From a virus: DNA of 64,000 bases. Position 1 is the stretch's first letter. The number at the start of each line of letters is the position of its first letter. Where the stretch lies: the IMG/VR virus record IMGVR_UViG_3300032236_001191, positions 36,558 to 100,557 of that record; one strand, given 5' to 3'. The notes beneath the pieces were generated by a model. The model was not told the DNA's origin, searched no databases, and worked only from the letters and a program-made list of their open reading frames with translations. The position numbers were made by a program, and so were the translations under genes. Shown piece after piece: positions 48,617-58,301 of this stretch.

Positions 48617-49081
48617 ATGGCCACAGCACTTATCTCAATAGAAGGTGTATTAAGAAAAGAAACAGGAGACCCTATACCAGAGGGTGTCAAACTCTTTCGT
48701 ATTCTATCTGAGCATTATCGTGTAATCCTATGCTCCGATGAAGATATGGGCCGCACTGAACACTGGCTTAGGTCTAACCTAATTATTGGTTATGGCGAAG
48801 TCTATGATAATAGTAACTTCTTTGAGGGACAAGACCTACGAGAACGGCAGCTTGCTGTAGCAAAGTCTTCTGGCAAAGTAGAGTTATTTGTAGATCCGGA
48901 TGCCGACCGTTGTGCTATGGCTCTAGCTGCAGGTGTCCCTGTCCTTATGTTTGCTTCACCTAAGTTTCTAAGAACAAAGAGAAATGTTAAGCCTTGGGGA
49001 GAACTACGTGACGAGATTGAACGTCAACGTTTAGCCCTACTAGATGCCAACCTTGGCAGCAAGGTAAATCGTTTCGAATGA
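48617..49081 (+). CDS. HAD-like protein with degenerate motif I
   Basis: 'LISIEGVL' in place of hhDxDGVL; 'T.HWL'; 'LFVDPD'. Confidence 0.55.
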   Translation: MATALISIEGVLRKETGDPIPEGVKLFRILSEHYRVILCSDEDMGRTEHWLRSNLIIGYGEVYDNSNFFEGQDLRERQLAVAKSSGKVELFVDPDADRCAMALAAGVPVLMFASPKFLRTKRNVKPWGELRDEIERQRLALLDANLGSKVNRFE

Positions 49082-50577
49082 ACCTTATATACATGGGTGG
49101 TGAAATTCCATCCAATAGACTACTCCTTTTGGACTGCAATGTCAAATCCATTTCAGTTAGCTACGGGGGCCTAGCTAAGCGTGGCCTGCCTAAGACTAAA
49201 GACTATCTATTATCAGAGAAGTATCCTGATGATGTTGATATCTACATTACTCCGGGTACGATCTCACCAGATCTCAGCACCCGTGAGCTAGAAGCTTTTG
49301 CTGCGGACTATGAGGAATGGGCTGCAATTAACTATGACCGTATAATCGGAATGGTTGAGTTTGATGCTCCTGCACTGGGGCACGCATGGATCACAGAACA
49401 ACGCAAGACCCTAGGTTTTGAGATGGGCGATAAGTATTGGCCGGTTTGGCATGGCAATCATACCGAGCTATTTTCCCTATCTCAAGAGTGGGCAAACGTT
49501 GCCATACCTGGGGCTAGCATTGACTCTGATGTGACCTTACCGGGCCGTATGAGGGCGATACAGGGGCAATCAGGGACTATGTTCCATGGACTTGCCTGCG
49601 CTAAACCAGACAGCCTACGCCAGGTTCCACTGGAAACAGCAAGCACTTTGTCATGGCTATCGCCTATGATGCGGGGGGAAACAATTGTCTGGGACGGAAC
49701 TAAACTAGTCCGATACCAGAAGAAACAGAAAGACCAAGCTCGCCCAAGGTACAAAGCGATCATTGAGAAAGCTGGTTTAGATTTTGAAAAGATTATCAAT
49801 GATGATAATCAAGAGGTAACCCGCCTCGCAATTTGGTCCTACCAACAGTTGGAGAAGTCCTTGGATAAGCAGAAGCCGCCACACTTACGAGTAGTAAATG
49901 ACGAGAAGTTATCTGATAACAGTGGTGAACTAGATGATCCAGGTTTAGCGGAAACCCAGGGGGTAACACCTGATAACAGTGGTATTGAAGTGCGGAATAA
50001 TTCTGAGATGGAAGCGCCTAAAATTGTTGCCAGAGATGCGTCAGAGATGCGTACTTTACCTGTATTTTCAGTAAATACTAAGACAATTATTGATAAAGAT
50101 GAAACAGGAAAAGACCTGATAAGAGACGTTTCAGTGCTTGGAACTAACTCTTCGTCATTACGTCAGTGTAATACGTGTTTTGTGGCATCAAATTGCCCCG
50201 CATTCAAACCTGATAACATGTGTGCATTCAACCTTCCGGTCGAAGTAAAGACTAAAGACCAACTCAAGGGTTTACTAAATGCCATCATTGAGATGCAGGG
50301 TGCCCGAGTGGCATTTGCCAGATTTGCTGAAGAACTCAACGGGGGTTACCCAGATCCCAACACAGGTCAAGAGATAGACAGACTCTTTAAGATTGTAAAG
50401 AGTTTAAAGGAATTGGAAGATAATAAAGAATTCGTAAGAATGACCCTAGAACGGCAAAGTTCCGGAGGTGTAATGTCAGCTCTCTTCGGAGATAAGGCAA
50501 ATACTTTAAGGGAATTGCCAAACGGGGGCCTTTCTGAAGAAGAAACTAGTAGAATTATCACCGATAGCTTTGAGTAA
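49078..50577 (+). CDS. Hypothetical protein: TGT-barrel-like N-terminal half plus Cys-cluster C-terminal half
   Basis: 'PVWH', 'FHGLA.....L..VP..TAST.SW' resemble tRNA-guanine transglycosylase-like strands; CxxC-x5-C-x8-C. Confidence 0.4.
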   Translation: MNLIYMGGEIPSNRLLLLDCNVKSISVSYGGLAKRGLPKTKDYLLSEKYPDDVDIYITPGTISPDLSTRELEAFAADYEEWAAINYDRIIGMVEFDAPALGHAWITEQRKTLGFEMGDKYWPVWHGNHTELFSLSQEWANVAIPGASIDSDVTLPGRMRAIQGQSGTMFHGLACAKPDSLRQVPLETASTLSWLSPMMRGETIVWDGTKLVRYQKKQKDQARPRYKAIIEKAGLDFEKIINDDNQEVTRLAIWSYQQLEKSLDKQKPPHLRVVNDEKLSDNSGELDDPGLAETQGVTPDNSGIEVRNNSEMEAPKIVARDASEMRTLPVFSVNTKTIIDKDETGKDLIRDVSVLGTNSSSLRQCNTCFVASNCPAFKPDNMCAFNLPVEVKTKDQLKGLLNAIIEMQGARVAFARFAEELNGGYPDPNTGQEIDRLFKIVKSLKELEDNKEFVRMTLERQSSGGVMSALFGDKANTLRELPNGGLSEEETSRIITDSFE

Positions 50578-50614
50578 CAAATAACCTTATAACCTAACAG
50601 AAACTGGAGAAACA

Positions 50615-52645
50615 GTGTTTTCTTTTAAACTTGCAGAAGACTTCGTAAACGGATATAAGGAGAAGAAAGTACCTTGGGGCTATCAAGATGCCGCCGGTAA
50701 CTCGGTAGGTGAGATTACCTTCCTTCGTACCTATTCTCGGCTTAAAGAGGATGGCACCAAAGAGACTTGGGCCGAAGTATGCGCCCGTGTAATTAACGGA
50801 ATGTACTCCCTACAAAAAGACCACGCCAAACAAAACCGTTTACCCTGGTCAGATTCCAAAGCTGCCGCTTCAGCTAAAGAAGCTTATGATCGCCTATTCA
50901 CACTGAAGTGGACTCCACCTGGCCGTGGACTATGGGTAATGGGAACTGACATTGTTAATGTTCAGAGAAACTCTGCCGCCCTTCAGAATTGCTCATTTGT
51001 ATCGACATCGTCTATGACAAAGAATGATCCGGCAAAACCATTTGCTTTCTTAATGGAAGCATCTATGCTGGGAGTTGGCGTAGGCTTTGACGACAAGGGT
51101 GCAGACAAAGACTTTTCAATCTATGAGACTACTGAAGGAGATACCTATGTCATCCCCGACACCAGAGAAGGATGGGTTGAATCAACTTCCGCCCTCATCA
51201 ACGCCTACCTTAAGCCAGATACGAAGAGGCCTGTATTTGACTACTCCGAAATCAGACTCGCAGGAACTCCGATTAAAACCTTTGGGGGAACAGCAGCTGG
51301 ACCAGATCCGCTCATTAAGCTCCATGGACACATTGATCGGATTTTCAAAGATAGAGCTGGACAAAAAGTAACTCGCAGAGATATTGCGGACATTGGGAAT
51401 TTGATTGGTGTCTGCGTTGTCTCCGGTAACGTCCGCCGATCTGCAGAGCTTCTAATGGGTCGCATTGATGACGAGGAATTTCTGAACTTAAAGAATGCTG
51501 AAGTATTCCCAGAGCGTAATTCCTATGATCCAAAGAATCCTGGTTGGGCCTGGATGTCGAATAACTCTGTATCAGTTGAGGTTGGGCAAGATCTATCTAA
51601 AATCATTGATGGCATCTCTCGTAATGGAGAGCCTGGAGTAATCTGGATGGATGTAACCCGTAAGTTTGGACGTTTGATTGACCCAGAGAATAACAAAGAC
51701 TGGAGAGCCGCTGGATACAACCCTTGCGCTGAACAATCTTTGGAATCATTTGAGTGTTGTACTTTGGTTGAAACATACCTCAACCGCCATGACAGCCTAG
51801 AGGACTTCAAGCGAACACTTAAGTTTGCTTATCTATACGCAAAGACTGTAACACTTCTCCCTACCCACTGGGAAGAGACAAACGCCATCATGCAGCGTAA
51901 CCGCCGCATTGGTACCTCAATCTCTGGTGTTGCTAACTTTGCAGATAACAAGGGTCTTCCTGTACTTCGTACTTGGATGGACGAAGGCTACAAGAACATC
52001 CAACAATACGATAAGGGTTACTCAGAGTGGCTTGGTATCCGTGAGTCAATTAAGATGACCACAGTCAAGCCATCAGGAACCGTTTCAATTTTGGCTGGTG
52101 AATCTCCAGGGGTTCACTGGTCAGTAGGTGGAAAGCATTTCCTACGTGCTATCCGCTTTGCTAATAGCGACCCAATGCTACCTCTATTTCAGATGGCTCA
52201 GTATCGGGTTGAACCGGCTGCCGAATCACCAGATACAACATCAGTTGTATTCTTTCCGGTAGAGTCAAATGCCGTACGCTCAGAGAAGGAAGTCTCTATC
52301 TATGAGAAGATGGCGCTCGCAGCCACAGCTCAACGATACTGGTCAGATAACTCTGTTTCGGTAACTATTAGCTTTGATACTGATACTGAAGCTCAACATA
52401 TCGGAACTGTACTTCACATGTACGATGGGCAGCTCAAGACCGTATCATTCCTACCATCCGGCAACACTGTATATCCACAGATGCCGTATACTCAGATTAC
52501 TGCTGAAGAGTATGAAGAGTACAGAATGACCCTGTTCCCTATCGACTTCTCAGGAGTCTATGCGGGAATGGCTGCGGATGCAATTGGTGAAGCATATTGC
52601 ACCACAGACGCTTGTGAAGTAAAACTTATTAAAGATAATAACTAG
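50615..52645 (+). CDS. nrdJ: Class II (adenosylcobalamin-dependent) ribonucleotide reductase
   Basis: PPGRGLW, LQNC, GVGVGF, NVRRSA, NPCAEQ.L, TTVKPSGTVS, C-terminal YCTTDAC. Confidence 0.95.
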   Translation: MFSFKLAEDFVNGYKEKKVPWGYQDAAGNSVGEITFLRTYSRLKEDGTKETWAEVCARVINGMYSLQKDHAKQNRLPWSDSKAAASAKEAYDRLFTLKWTPPGRGLWVMGTDIVNVQRNSAALQNCSFVSTSSMTKNDPAKPFAFLMEASMLGVGVGFDDKGADKDFSIYETTEGDTYVIPDTREGWVESTSALINAYLKPDTKRPVFDYSEIRLAGTPIKTFGGTAAGPDPLIKLHGHIDRIFKDRAGQKVTRRDIADIGNLIGVCVVSGNVRRSAELLMGRIDDEEFLNLKNAEVFPERNSYDPKNPGWAWMSNNSVSVEVGQDLSKIIDGISRNGEPGVIWMDVTRKFGRLIDPENNKDWRAAGYNPCAEQSLESFECCTLVETYLNRHDSLEDFKRTLKFAYLYAKTVTLLPTHWEETNAIMQRNRRIGTSISGVANFADNKGLPVLRTWMDEGYKNIQQYDKGYSEWLGIRESIKMTTVKPSGTVSILAGESPGVHWSVGGKHFLRAIRFANSDPMLPLFQMAQYRVEPAAESPDTTSVVFFPVESNAVRSEKEVSIYEKMALAATAQRYWSDNSVSVTISFDTDTEAQHIGTVLHMYDGQLKTVSFLPSGNTVYPQMPYTQITAEEYEEYRMTLFPIDFSGVYAGMAADAIGEAYCTTDACEVKLIKDNN

Positions 52646-52656
52646 GGGAGTACATA

Positions 52657-52794
52657 ATGGCTGCTGAAGAATATGAAGAGGATTTCTTAGATCCGGATCT
52701 TTTCGAAGATGATTTTGATATTGATCTAGATGATTTAGAAGACCTAGATTTAGATGAAGAATGGGACGATGAGCTAGACGAGGACGAAGACTAG
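52657..52794 (+). CDS. Hyper-acidic 45-aa protein
   Basis: GGGGAG RBS; 28 of 45 residues are Asp or Glu and there is no Lys or Arg. Confidence 0.7.
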   Translation: MAAEEYEEDFLDPDLFEDDFDIDLDDLEDLDLDEEWDDELDEDED

Positions 52795-52815
52795 CAAACG
52801 GCCAACACAAACATT

Positions 52816-52850
52816 TAGCCCCCCGACCGAAGTCGGGGGGCTATTGTTTT
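52816..52850. terminator. Terminator between the convergent + and - blocks
   Basis: TAGCCCCC.GAC-CGAA-GTCGGGGGCTA then T-rich. Confidence 0.85.
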
Positions 52851-52855
52851 ATATA

Positions 52856-52999
52856 TTAGAGCGAGTCTCCTGCTTGGCATTCACATGGTTCTACGTCATA
52901 CGTATCGTCATTTGCCCAATACACATGGCCATCACCATTGCATAGCTTGCAGCGAACGTTAGGTTTGCTCTCAATTAGGACCACCGTTTCGTAATCCAC
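52856..52999 (-). CDS. Small Zn-finger protein (47 aa)
   Basis: Translated by hand; AGGAG RBS; CKLCNGDG...PCEC. Confidence 0.55.
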   Translation of the reverse strand: MDYETVVLIESKPNVRCKLCNGDGHVYWANDDTYDVEPCECQAGDSL

Positions 53000-53128
53000 T
53001 AGACAGACTCCTATCATGTATGTTTGGTTTTTCGGACTTGTGTTTCAAGGTATACTTATCCCGTTAGCTCTTACGAACTAAGGGTAGACACCGTCGAGAT
53101 GGACCCCTAGAGTGCGTCTAGGGGCTCA

Positions 53129-53329
53129 TCATTCTATTATTTTGATGCTGGATATATAAGCTTTCTCACCTGGTCTATTAAGATCAGCTGTATGTACCCA
53201 CCTTTCTAGGTTACGGTCGTATACGGATAGCGACCACTCGGCATTGTTTGTGTCGGATGGGTCATCGATACGCCACTTAGCTACCTTTATGTTAAAGGTT
53301 ATCTCTAAGTTATAGTGCATGTCTGACAC
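53129..53329 (-). CDS. Hypothetical protein
   Basis: AAGGAG RBS. Confidence 0.55.
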   Translation of the reverse strand: MSDMHYNLEITFNIKVAKWRIDDPSDTNNAEWSLSVYDRNLERWVHTADLNRPGEKAYISSIKIIE

Positions 53330-53339
53330 GTTATTCTCC

Positions 53340-53543
53340 TTAGTTTACCTCTTCATCATTTTCATCGTAGATTGAGCCTACCTCAATCCATCCGGCATTA
53401 TGATCTTCACGCCAACCAGAGTTCAGCTCTTCTGATATCTGGTCCTCGGCTAGTTCCTCGGCTTCACGCCAATTCTCTGCCTCAATGAACGAGTCATACA
53501 ATTTATGCTCGTGGATTGTAACTCTGTATAGTTGTTTAGCCAT
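53340..53543 (-). CDS. Acidic hypothetical protein
   Basis: AAGGAG RBS; 'IEAEN..EAEELA'. Confidence 0.6.
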   Translation of the reverse strand: MAKQLYRVTIHEHKLYDSFIEAENWREAEELAEDQISEELNSGWREDHNAGWIEVGSIYDENDEEVN

Positions 53544-53995
53544 TACTTCTCCTTCTTTTGTATGGTTCTGAATGACCTATCAGGCATAGGCCATTTGTAT
53601 GGCAGGTCTTCAGGCGTATCAAAGTCGTAATACTCAGGCAGCTTACGCTTTAAGTTAGACTGATGACTCTCATGAAACTCCTCAGTTCCAAGCCACCAAG
53701 GTTTCTTGACAGCTTTGAGGTTGTACTGTTTCATAAGCTCTATTACTTGTTGCTTAGTGTTGTCTACGAAACCACGGCTAGTCCACTCATCACATATAGT
53801 GATTGTGTACTTAGCTAACATGCCTTCATGACCACGCCACATTACAGCAGCTGGGTGATTTACCCATCCCTTGGTTAGACCCAGGTTGGCCCTCAGAATC
53901 TGCAACGCTTCAACACGCTGCTTACCGAGTCTCCTATCGTCTAAGGATTTAGCTACTTGCTTGAAGTTTGCATACGGTAAAAATGTATTTACCAT
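53543..53995 (-). CDS. Pyrimidine-dimer DNA glycosylase-like protein (MSMEG_6728 family)
   Basis: 'TFLPY......LD.RRLGKQRVE..QI......GW..HPA..MW.G', 'PWWLG...FH.SH.SNL.RK'. Confidence 0.85.
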   Translation of the reverse strand: MVNTFLPYANFKQVAKSLDDRRLGKQRVEALQILRANLGLTKGWVNHPAAVMWRGHEGMLAKYTITICDEWTSRGFVDNTKQQVIELMKQYNLKAVKKPWWLGTEEFHESHQSNLKRKLPEYYDFDTPEDLPYKWPMPDRSFRTIQKKEK

Positions 53996-54183
53996 TACTG
54001 CCCCCTATCCTCTACGCTTGTAGTTACTACAGGGAATGTACCAGCTGTTAGCCTTTCTTTACGAACCCTGCGTCTGCCACCTACTCGCATAAAGGATCCA
54101 CCAGCTCTTGTCTTTGTTTTTTTGAACGTGTGAGTTCCATACGGAGTTACAGTGCTTTTATCTTTCTTTTTATTTTTGGCCAT
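53995..54183 (-). CDS. Small basic protein
   Basis: ORF track; coupled. Confidence 0.5.
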   Translation of the reverse strand: MAKNKKKDKSTVTPYGTHTFKKTKTRAGGSFMRVGGRRRVRKERLTAGTFPVVTTSVEDRGQ

Positions 54184-54347
54184 CACTCATCCAATAGCAT
54201 AGGCACTAGATCTTCTGCACCTTTACGAATGAGTAACTTTCTAGCATCAGCTTTGTAGGCTTCATGCAGCTTTTCTTCCTCATCCTTAAGGTGTTTAGCC
54301 CATTCCTTTACTTCATCTTTATGCTTTACGGTTTTCATAGCACTCAT
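54183..54347 (-). CDS. Small hypothetical protein
   Basis: Translated by hand; fills the gap; overlapping start and stop. Confidence 0.5.
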   Translation of the reverse strand: MSAMKTVKHKDEVKEWAKHLKDEEEKLHEAYKADARKLLIRKGAEDLVPMLLDE

Positions 54348-54535
54348 ACAAGTACTCCTAGGTTGATTCCATTGTCATAGGCCCAGTCTTGCACCGCTGT
54401 GATTGACTTGATTACTAGGCTTGCTCCCCCATCGACTAGTTCGTCCGACATGTGTAAGAGGAACATTTCTGCAGACTCGTAGTCATTAAATACCTCGACT
54501 AGTTCATCTGATAGTGTATCCATGATTGTGTACAT
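54344..54535 (-). CDS. Small acidic protein
   Basis: AAGGAG RBS before ATG 54535. Confidence 0.55.
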   Translation of the reverse strand: MYTIMDTLSDELVEVFNDYESAEMFLLHMSDELVDGGASLVIKSITAVQDWAYDNGINLGVLV

Positions 54536-54563
54536 CACTTGCTCCTTTTGTTTGTGTTGGGCA

Positions 54564-56477
54564 TTATCTGCCACGCTTTTTAATTGCTCCGACTACTACC
54601 TTACGAGCAAACGGTAGAAGATCACCTGCGGATCTAACACGGCCATAGATTTCAGCACCGTGACGCAAGTCATCTTCAGTTTGTCCATGACGTTCGATCC
54701 ACTCTAGATCTCGGTCTTCAGCGATAAGGGTTAGCACAGTGAGGATGCCACGCTTGTTAATGCGTTCGATTAGCTCATCGTTCTTCTCCTTATTGAATAC
54801 GCCATCAGTGATAACGAATAGCATCTTATTCTTCTTACGAGATGCCATGAGTAACTGCTCAGCAACCAGCAGGGCTGGATACGGCTCAGTGCCACCATTA
54901 CCATAGATAAACTTGTAGTCCGTCTTACCGGCTTTCTCTGTACGTTTGTAGGCCACTTCAGGCTTATCATCAAACGCATAGACTGTAACCGGTGCATCAA
55001 TGTGCTCTAGCGCACGTTTGATAGTCCAGCATGCAATAGATGCTTTTCTATCATTCTGTCCACTAGACATTGAGCCTGAACGATCGATAAGGATAACTGC
55101 TTCGATATCGCAGCCATCATCACCTTCGTCCCAGCGATCGAAAGCGTTGTCAATCTCACATCCACGAATAACTCGTTGAACATTGAGACGACCACTAGGT
55201 GTTTCCTTACTCCATGTAGGCTCTGCATCATCACGCAGACGTTGCAGTTCTTTGGCGAACCTACGGTACGAGACAATGGCTTCCTGCGGTACAGCAGTGC
55301 TGTCGAACTTGCCTCGCTTGATAGTATCTTCATGCTTACCATCGCCACCAACAATAACTTTCTGCTTGGCTTTGATGTCAGCTTGAACATCCTTACGATT
55401 AAGAACATTCTCAATCGTATCGTCCAATAGCTTAGGTATACCACCTACGCTATCCACATGGCCTACACCTGCAGTAGGCGATGCTTGTGAGTTAACTGCC
55501 TCATCACGCATTTCTATTGCATCTTGTACGCTTTGCGGTACAAATACAACAGGCTGACCTTCTCCATCACCAGGCTTACTACTCTCTGCCGTACTTTCTT
55601 CGGCTTGGTCTGATGGATCGGATGTGCTTGATGTTTGTGTTGGTTGAGGCTTAGGTCTAGGAACATATACTGGCTCCTTGACTCCCATGCTTTTAGCACG
55701 ATTAGCATCTTTCTCCTGCGCTTTGCCTGGTTCAGGTCGACCCTTAGATACTGGTTCACGTCCTCCACAGGAACTAGGACCACCATCAAAGGTACTATCT
55801 ATACCCATAGGCTTTAGCACTTCAGTGTTCAATCGTCTAACAAGTTCTATTGCTCGTCCATAGTCCTTAGGAAAATGAAGAGTACGATACTCATCAACGA
55901 TTTCTATGATTGCAGGGATAAGATCAGGGAATGCGAACGCATCTCTGAATGCTTGTCGTACTTCAACCGGTAGATATCTACGGCCACGGATACATAGATA
56001 GTTGCCTGGCATAGACTCTCTGTCTTCACCAAGCCACCTAGCTACTGTGGCTGTTAGGAATGGAGCAACTGAGGGAAACCGTGCTACGAACAGGGTTTCG
56101 ATACGTTGATCCTCGAGTATGTTAAACGACTGCATCAGATCTTCTTCAAGAACTTTCTTGACTAGGTCTGTGCCTTTGCGAGGCGTATACAGGTGATGAC
56201 ATAGCTCGTGATAGTTGAGGCCAGTGACTTGGGTTAGAGTTTCTAAGTCCATGTCATTGATCTCTTCTGCATTGATAGTAATAGACGCACCGTCAGACCA
56301 TGCTGGCGCTGGACCATTACTTGCTACGTGTACTAGTACTGGATCACCAGTTAGTACACGGTCTGCTTGCTCGTATACTCGGCACAAGGCGTTAAGACGA
56401 ATCGAACGCTCTTGCGCCTCTTCAGCCCTAGCTTCTTGATGCCAACCGTATACATCATCCATCTCATCTTGAAACAT
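54564..56477 (-). CDS. VWA-domain protein with N-terminal HExxH motif (CobT-like partner of an AAA+ ATPase)
   Basis: MIDAS DRSGSM, GGT, ITDG; N-terminal HELCH and N.LED.RIE. Confidence 0.88.
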   Translation of the reverse strand: MFQDEMDDVYGWHQEARAEEAQERSIRLNALCRVYEQADRVLTGDPVLVHVASNGPAPAWSDGASITINAEEINDMDLETLTQVTGLNYHELCHHLYTPRKGTDLVKKVLEEDLMQSFNILEDQRIETLFVARFPSVAPFLTATVARWLGEDRESMPGNYLCIRGRRYLPVEVRQAFRDAFAFPDLIPAIIEIVDEYRTLHFPKDYGRAIELVRRLNTEVLKPMGIDSTFDGGPSSCGGREPVSKGRPEPGKAQEKDANRAKSMGVKEPVYVPRPKPQPTQTSSTSDPSDQAEESTAESSKPGDGEGQPVVFVPQSVQDAIEMRDEAVNSQASPTAGVGHVDSVGGIPKLLDDTIENVLNRKDVQADIKAKQKVIVGGDGKHEDTIKRGKFDSTAVPQEAIVSYRRFAKELQRLRDDAEPTWSKETPSGRLNVQRVIRGCEIDNAFDRWDEGDDGCDIEAVILIDRSGSMSSGQNDRKASIACWTIKRALEHIDAPVTVYAFDDKPEVAYKRTEKAGKTDYKFIYGNGGTEPYPALLVAEQLLMASRKKNKMLFVITDGVFNKEKNDELIERINKRGILTVLTLIAEDRDLEWIERHGQTEDDLRHGAEIYGRVRSAGDLLPFARKVVVGAIKKRGR

Positions 56478-56486
56478 GAGTCTCCT

Positions 56487-57914
56487 TTACACTATGCCGT
56501 GTGTTTGAGCAAATTGGCCTGCCCAAGCTGTAAACTCTTCATCTACAGATTTAACTTCTGGTTCCTTCTCTGTTTCCACAGGGATTTCGATACCGAAGTC
56601 AGTCTTGATGTTGTGTTCATATGTTTGGAATATGAGACGTACGCTGGCAGCTTCATCTGACCCAAAGTGAGCAATGAAGTTCTCAACTGCGAACTCATAT
56701 CCCAATGCATCTACGAAGTGTGTGAACTCCTGTAGCATATTGGTAGAGATTGGTGTTTCATACTGACCCTTGGCTGCCTCATTACGAAGCATCTGGGCTA
56801 GTGCTAACAACGACTTAGAGTTAACTAGCTTAGCCTCAACCTTATCGTCATAATCCCAAGGGATCTGAATGTCGAAACGGTTACGGAACGCAAAGTTAAG
56901 CGGCGTTGTACCAATGTAGTCTGGATTCATAGTCGCAAAGATTGTGAGGTCTTTGTGTGCTTCGATAGTTTCACCGTGGTGGTCAAGCAATGTGATCATA
57001 CGGCGACCATCTAGCAATGAATACAGAACAGTGTAGATTTTCGGACTGATGAAGTTAACCTCGTCGAGAAGGAGAACACCACCATTACGAACTACGTCAG
57101 TAACTGGGCCATCGATCCACGCAAATGAACCTGAGCCATCAGCTACGAACTTACCAGTCATTTGGCTTGGCTCCATTGAAGCGTTACCTGAGACTGTTGC
57201 CATGCGTAGTCCTCGTTCAGCAGCCCACGCTTCAACAGACGTAGTCTTACCGGGACCGGTTGGGCCGTAGATAAGTACGTTGATGTTGTTGGCACGAGCG
57301 TGATCGAAGATACTGAAGTCTTCTTGACCCCAGATGCTACGATGGATATATCGCTTAGCTAGCTCAATGCGTGGCACTGATGCTAGGTTCGCTGCAATTA
57401 CCGGACCAGCTCCAACGGATGCTGTTACAGGTTCGGCGATTGTTTGTGTTGGCTGTACCACTTGTACTGGTGAAGCCAATGGAACAGTCGTGCCAGCTGC
57501 ACGACGATTGTCAATTACATATTGCTCCAAGTTATCATCTCCATTGCTTACTTGTTCGTAGAGTTCACAGACAGCATCAACAAATGATGTTGTGTCTGTG
57601 TTTGGACTTGCTTTGGTATGCGCTTGACATGCCTTGGTACCAAGAACTGGAGAATAACCTTTCTCCGTCATAGCCCGTTCATCGGCTGCTGTAACATAGA
57701 TAGCAACAGGTGTACGAGTGAGTTCTTCGTTTGTTCCAATCAACCCAGTAAGCCCATCAAGATCCGTTTCTTCCCACTTGTTATGTGGGCCTTTGGATCC
57801 ATCGGTATTACGTGAGTAGATACGTACGTTACCATCATGCGGTGTGATAAGAACCTGACGGCGCTTAGCCCCCATGGTTGGTTCGTACGATTCTGTGAAC
57901 ACGGCGATATCCAT
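56487..57914 (-). CDS. MoxR / CbbQ / CobS-type AAA+ ATPase
   Basis: GPTGPGKT, LLLDEVN, ATMNP.Y.GT..LN.AF.NRF. Confidence 0.9.
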   Translation of the reverse strand: MDIAVFTESYEPTMGAKRRQVLITPHDGNVRIYSRNTDGSKGPHNKWEETDLDGLTGLIGTNEELTRTPVAIYVTAADERAMTEKGYSPVLGTKACQAHTKASPNTDTTSFVDAVCELYEQVSNGDDNLEQYVIDNRRAAGTTVPLASPVQVVQPTQTIAEPVTASVGAGPVIAANLASVPRIELAKRYIHRSIWGQEDFSIFDHARANNINVLIYGPTGPGKTTSVEAWAAERGLRMATVSGNASMEPSQMTGKFVADGSGSFAWIDGPVTDVVRNGGVLLLDEVNFISPKIYTVLYSLLDGRRMITLLDHHGETIEAHKDLTIFATMNPDYIGTTPLNFAFRNRFDIQIPWDYDDKVEAKLVNSKSLLALAQMLRNEAAKGQYETPISTNMLQEFTHFVDALGYEFAVENFIAHFGSDEAASVRLIFQTYEHNIKTDFGIEIPVETEKEPEVKSVDEEFTAWAGQFAQTHGIV

Positions 57915-57956
57915 GTCTTTGTCCTTTCGTTGTTGGTATTGCTTTCTAGTAGTCTA

Positions 57957-58232
57957 CTAGAAACCTAGTTCATCTTCATCAGGGTTGAGTGTGAGTTCAG
58001 TCACTGCTCTAGCCCTGCTGTCTAGCACAGCAGCAAAAGTAAATGCTGCTTGTCGTTCTTTAGCCCAGTCAATAATGAGCTCGTGAAGGATGTCATGTCC
58101 CTCAGCAAGATTGATTACATTACGGAACTGTTCTTGTGCATAGTTAAAGAACTCTTCACGTTCTTCTTCTGGTATTTCTGCGAGAAAGTCAATATCTGCA
58201 TTCTCGTTCTCATCATCACATGCATTGCACAT
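57957..58232 (-). CDS. Acidic hypothetical protein
   Basis: GGAG RBS before ATG 58232. Confidence 0.55.
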   Translation of the reverse strand: MCNACDDENENADIDFLAEIPEEEREEFFNYAQEQFRNVINLAEGHDILHELIIDWAKERQAAFTFAAVLDSRARAVTELTLNPDEDELGF

Positions 58233-58263
58233 GAGGTACTCCATTCTTGTTAGGGAATTAAAT

Positions 58264-58298
58264 AGCCGGGAGCACACCTATAAGGCATGCTCCCGGCT
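58264..58298 (-). terminator. Strong hairpin directly downstream of the ncRNA candidate
   Basis: AGCCGGGAGCA...TGCTCCCGGCT followed by ATTT on the - strand. Confidence 0.65.
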
Positions 58299-58301
58299 TA
58301 T

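Noticed and set aside
28703-52645. Inteins or introns in polA, recA or nrdJ
   Set aside because: Protein lengths are normal, with no C/S...HN splice motifs or interrupted frames.
516-57815. Numerous antisense or alternate-frame ORFs in the track (for example 5232-5669 -, 25515-25940 -, 55007-55444 -)
   Set aside because: They are shadows of well-supported genes, with no RBS or recognisable motifs.
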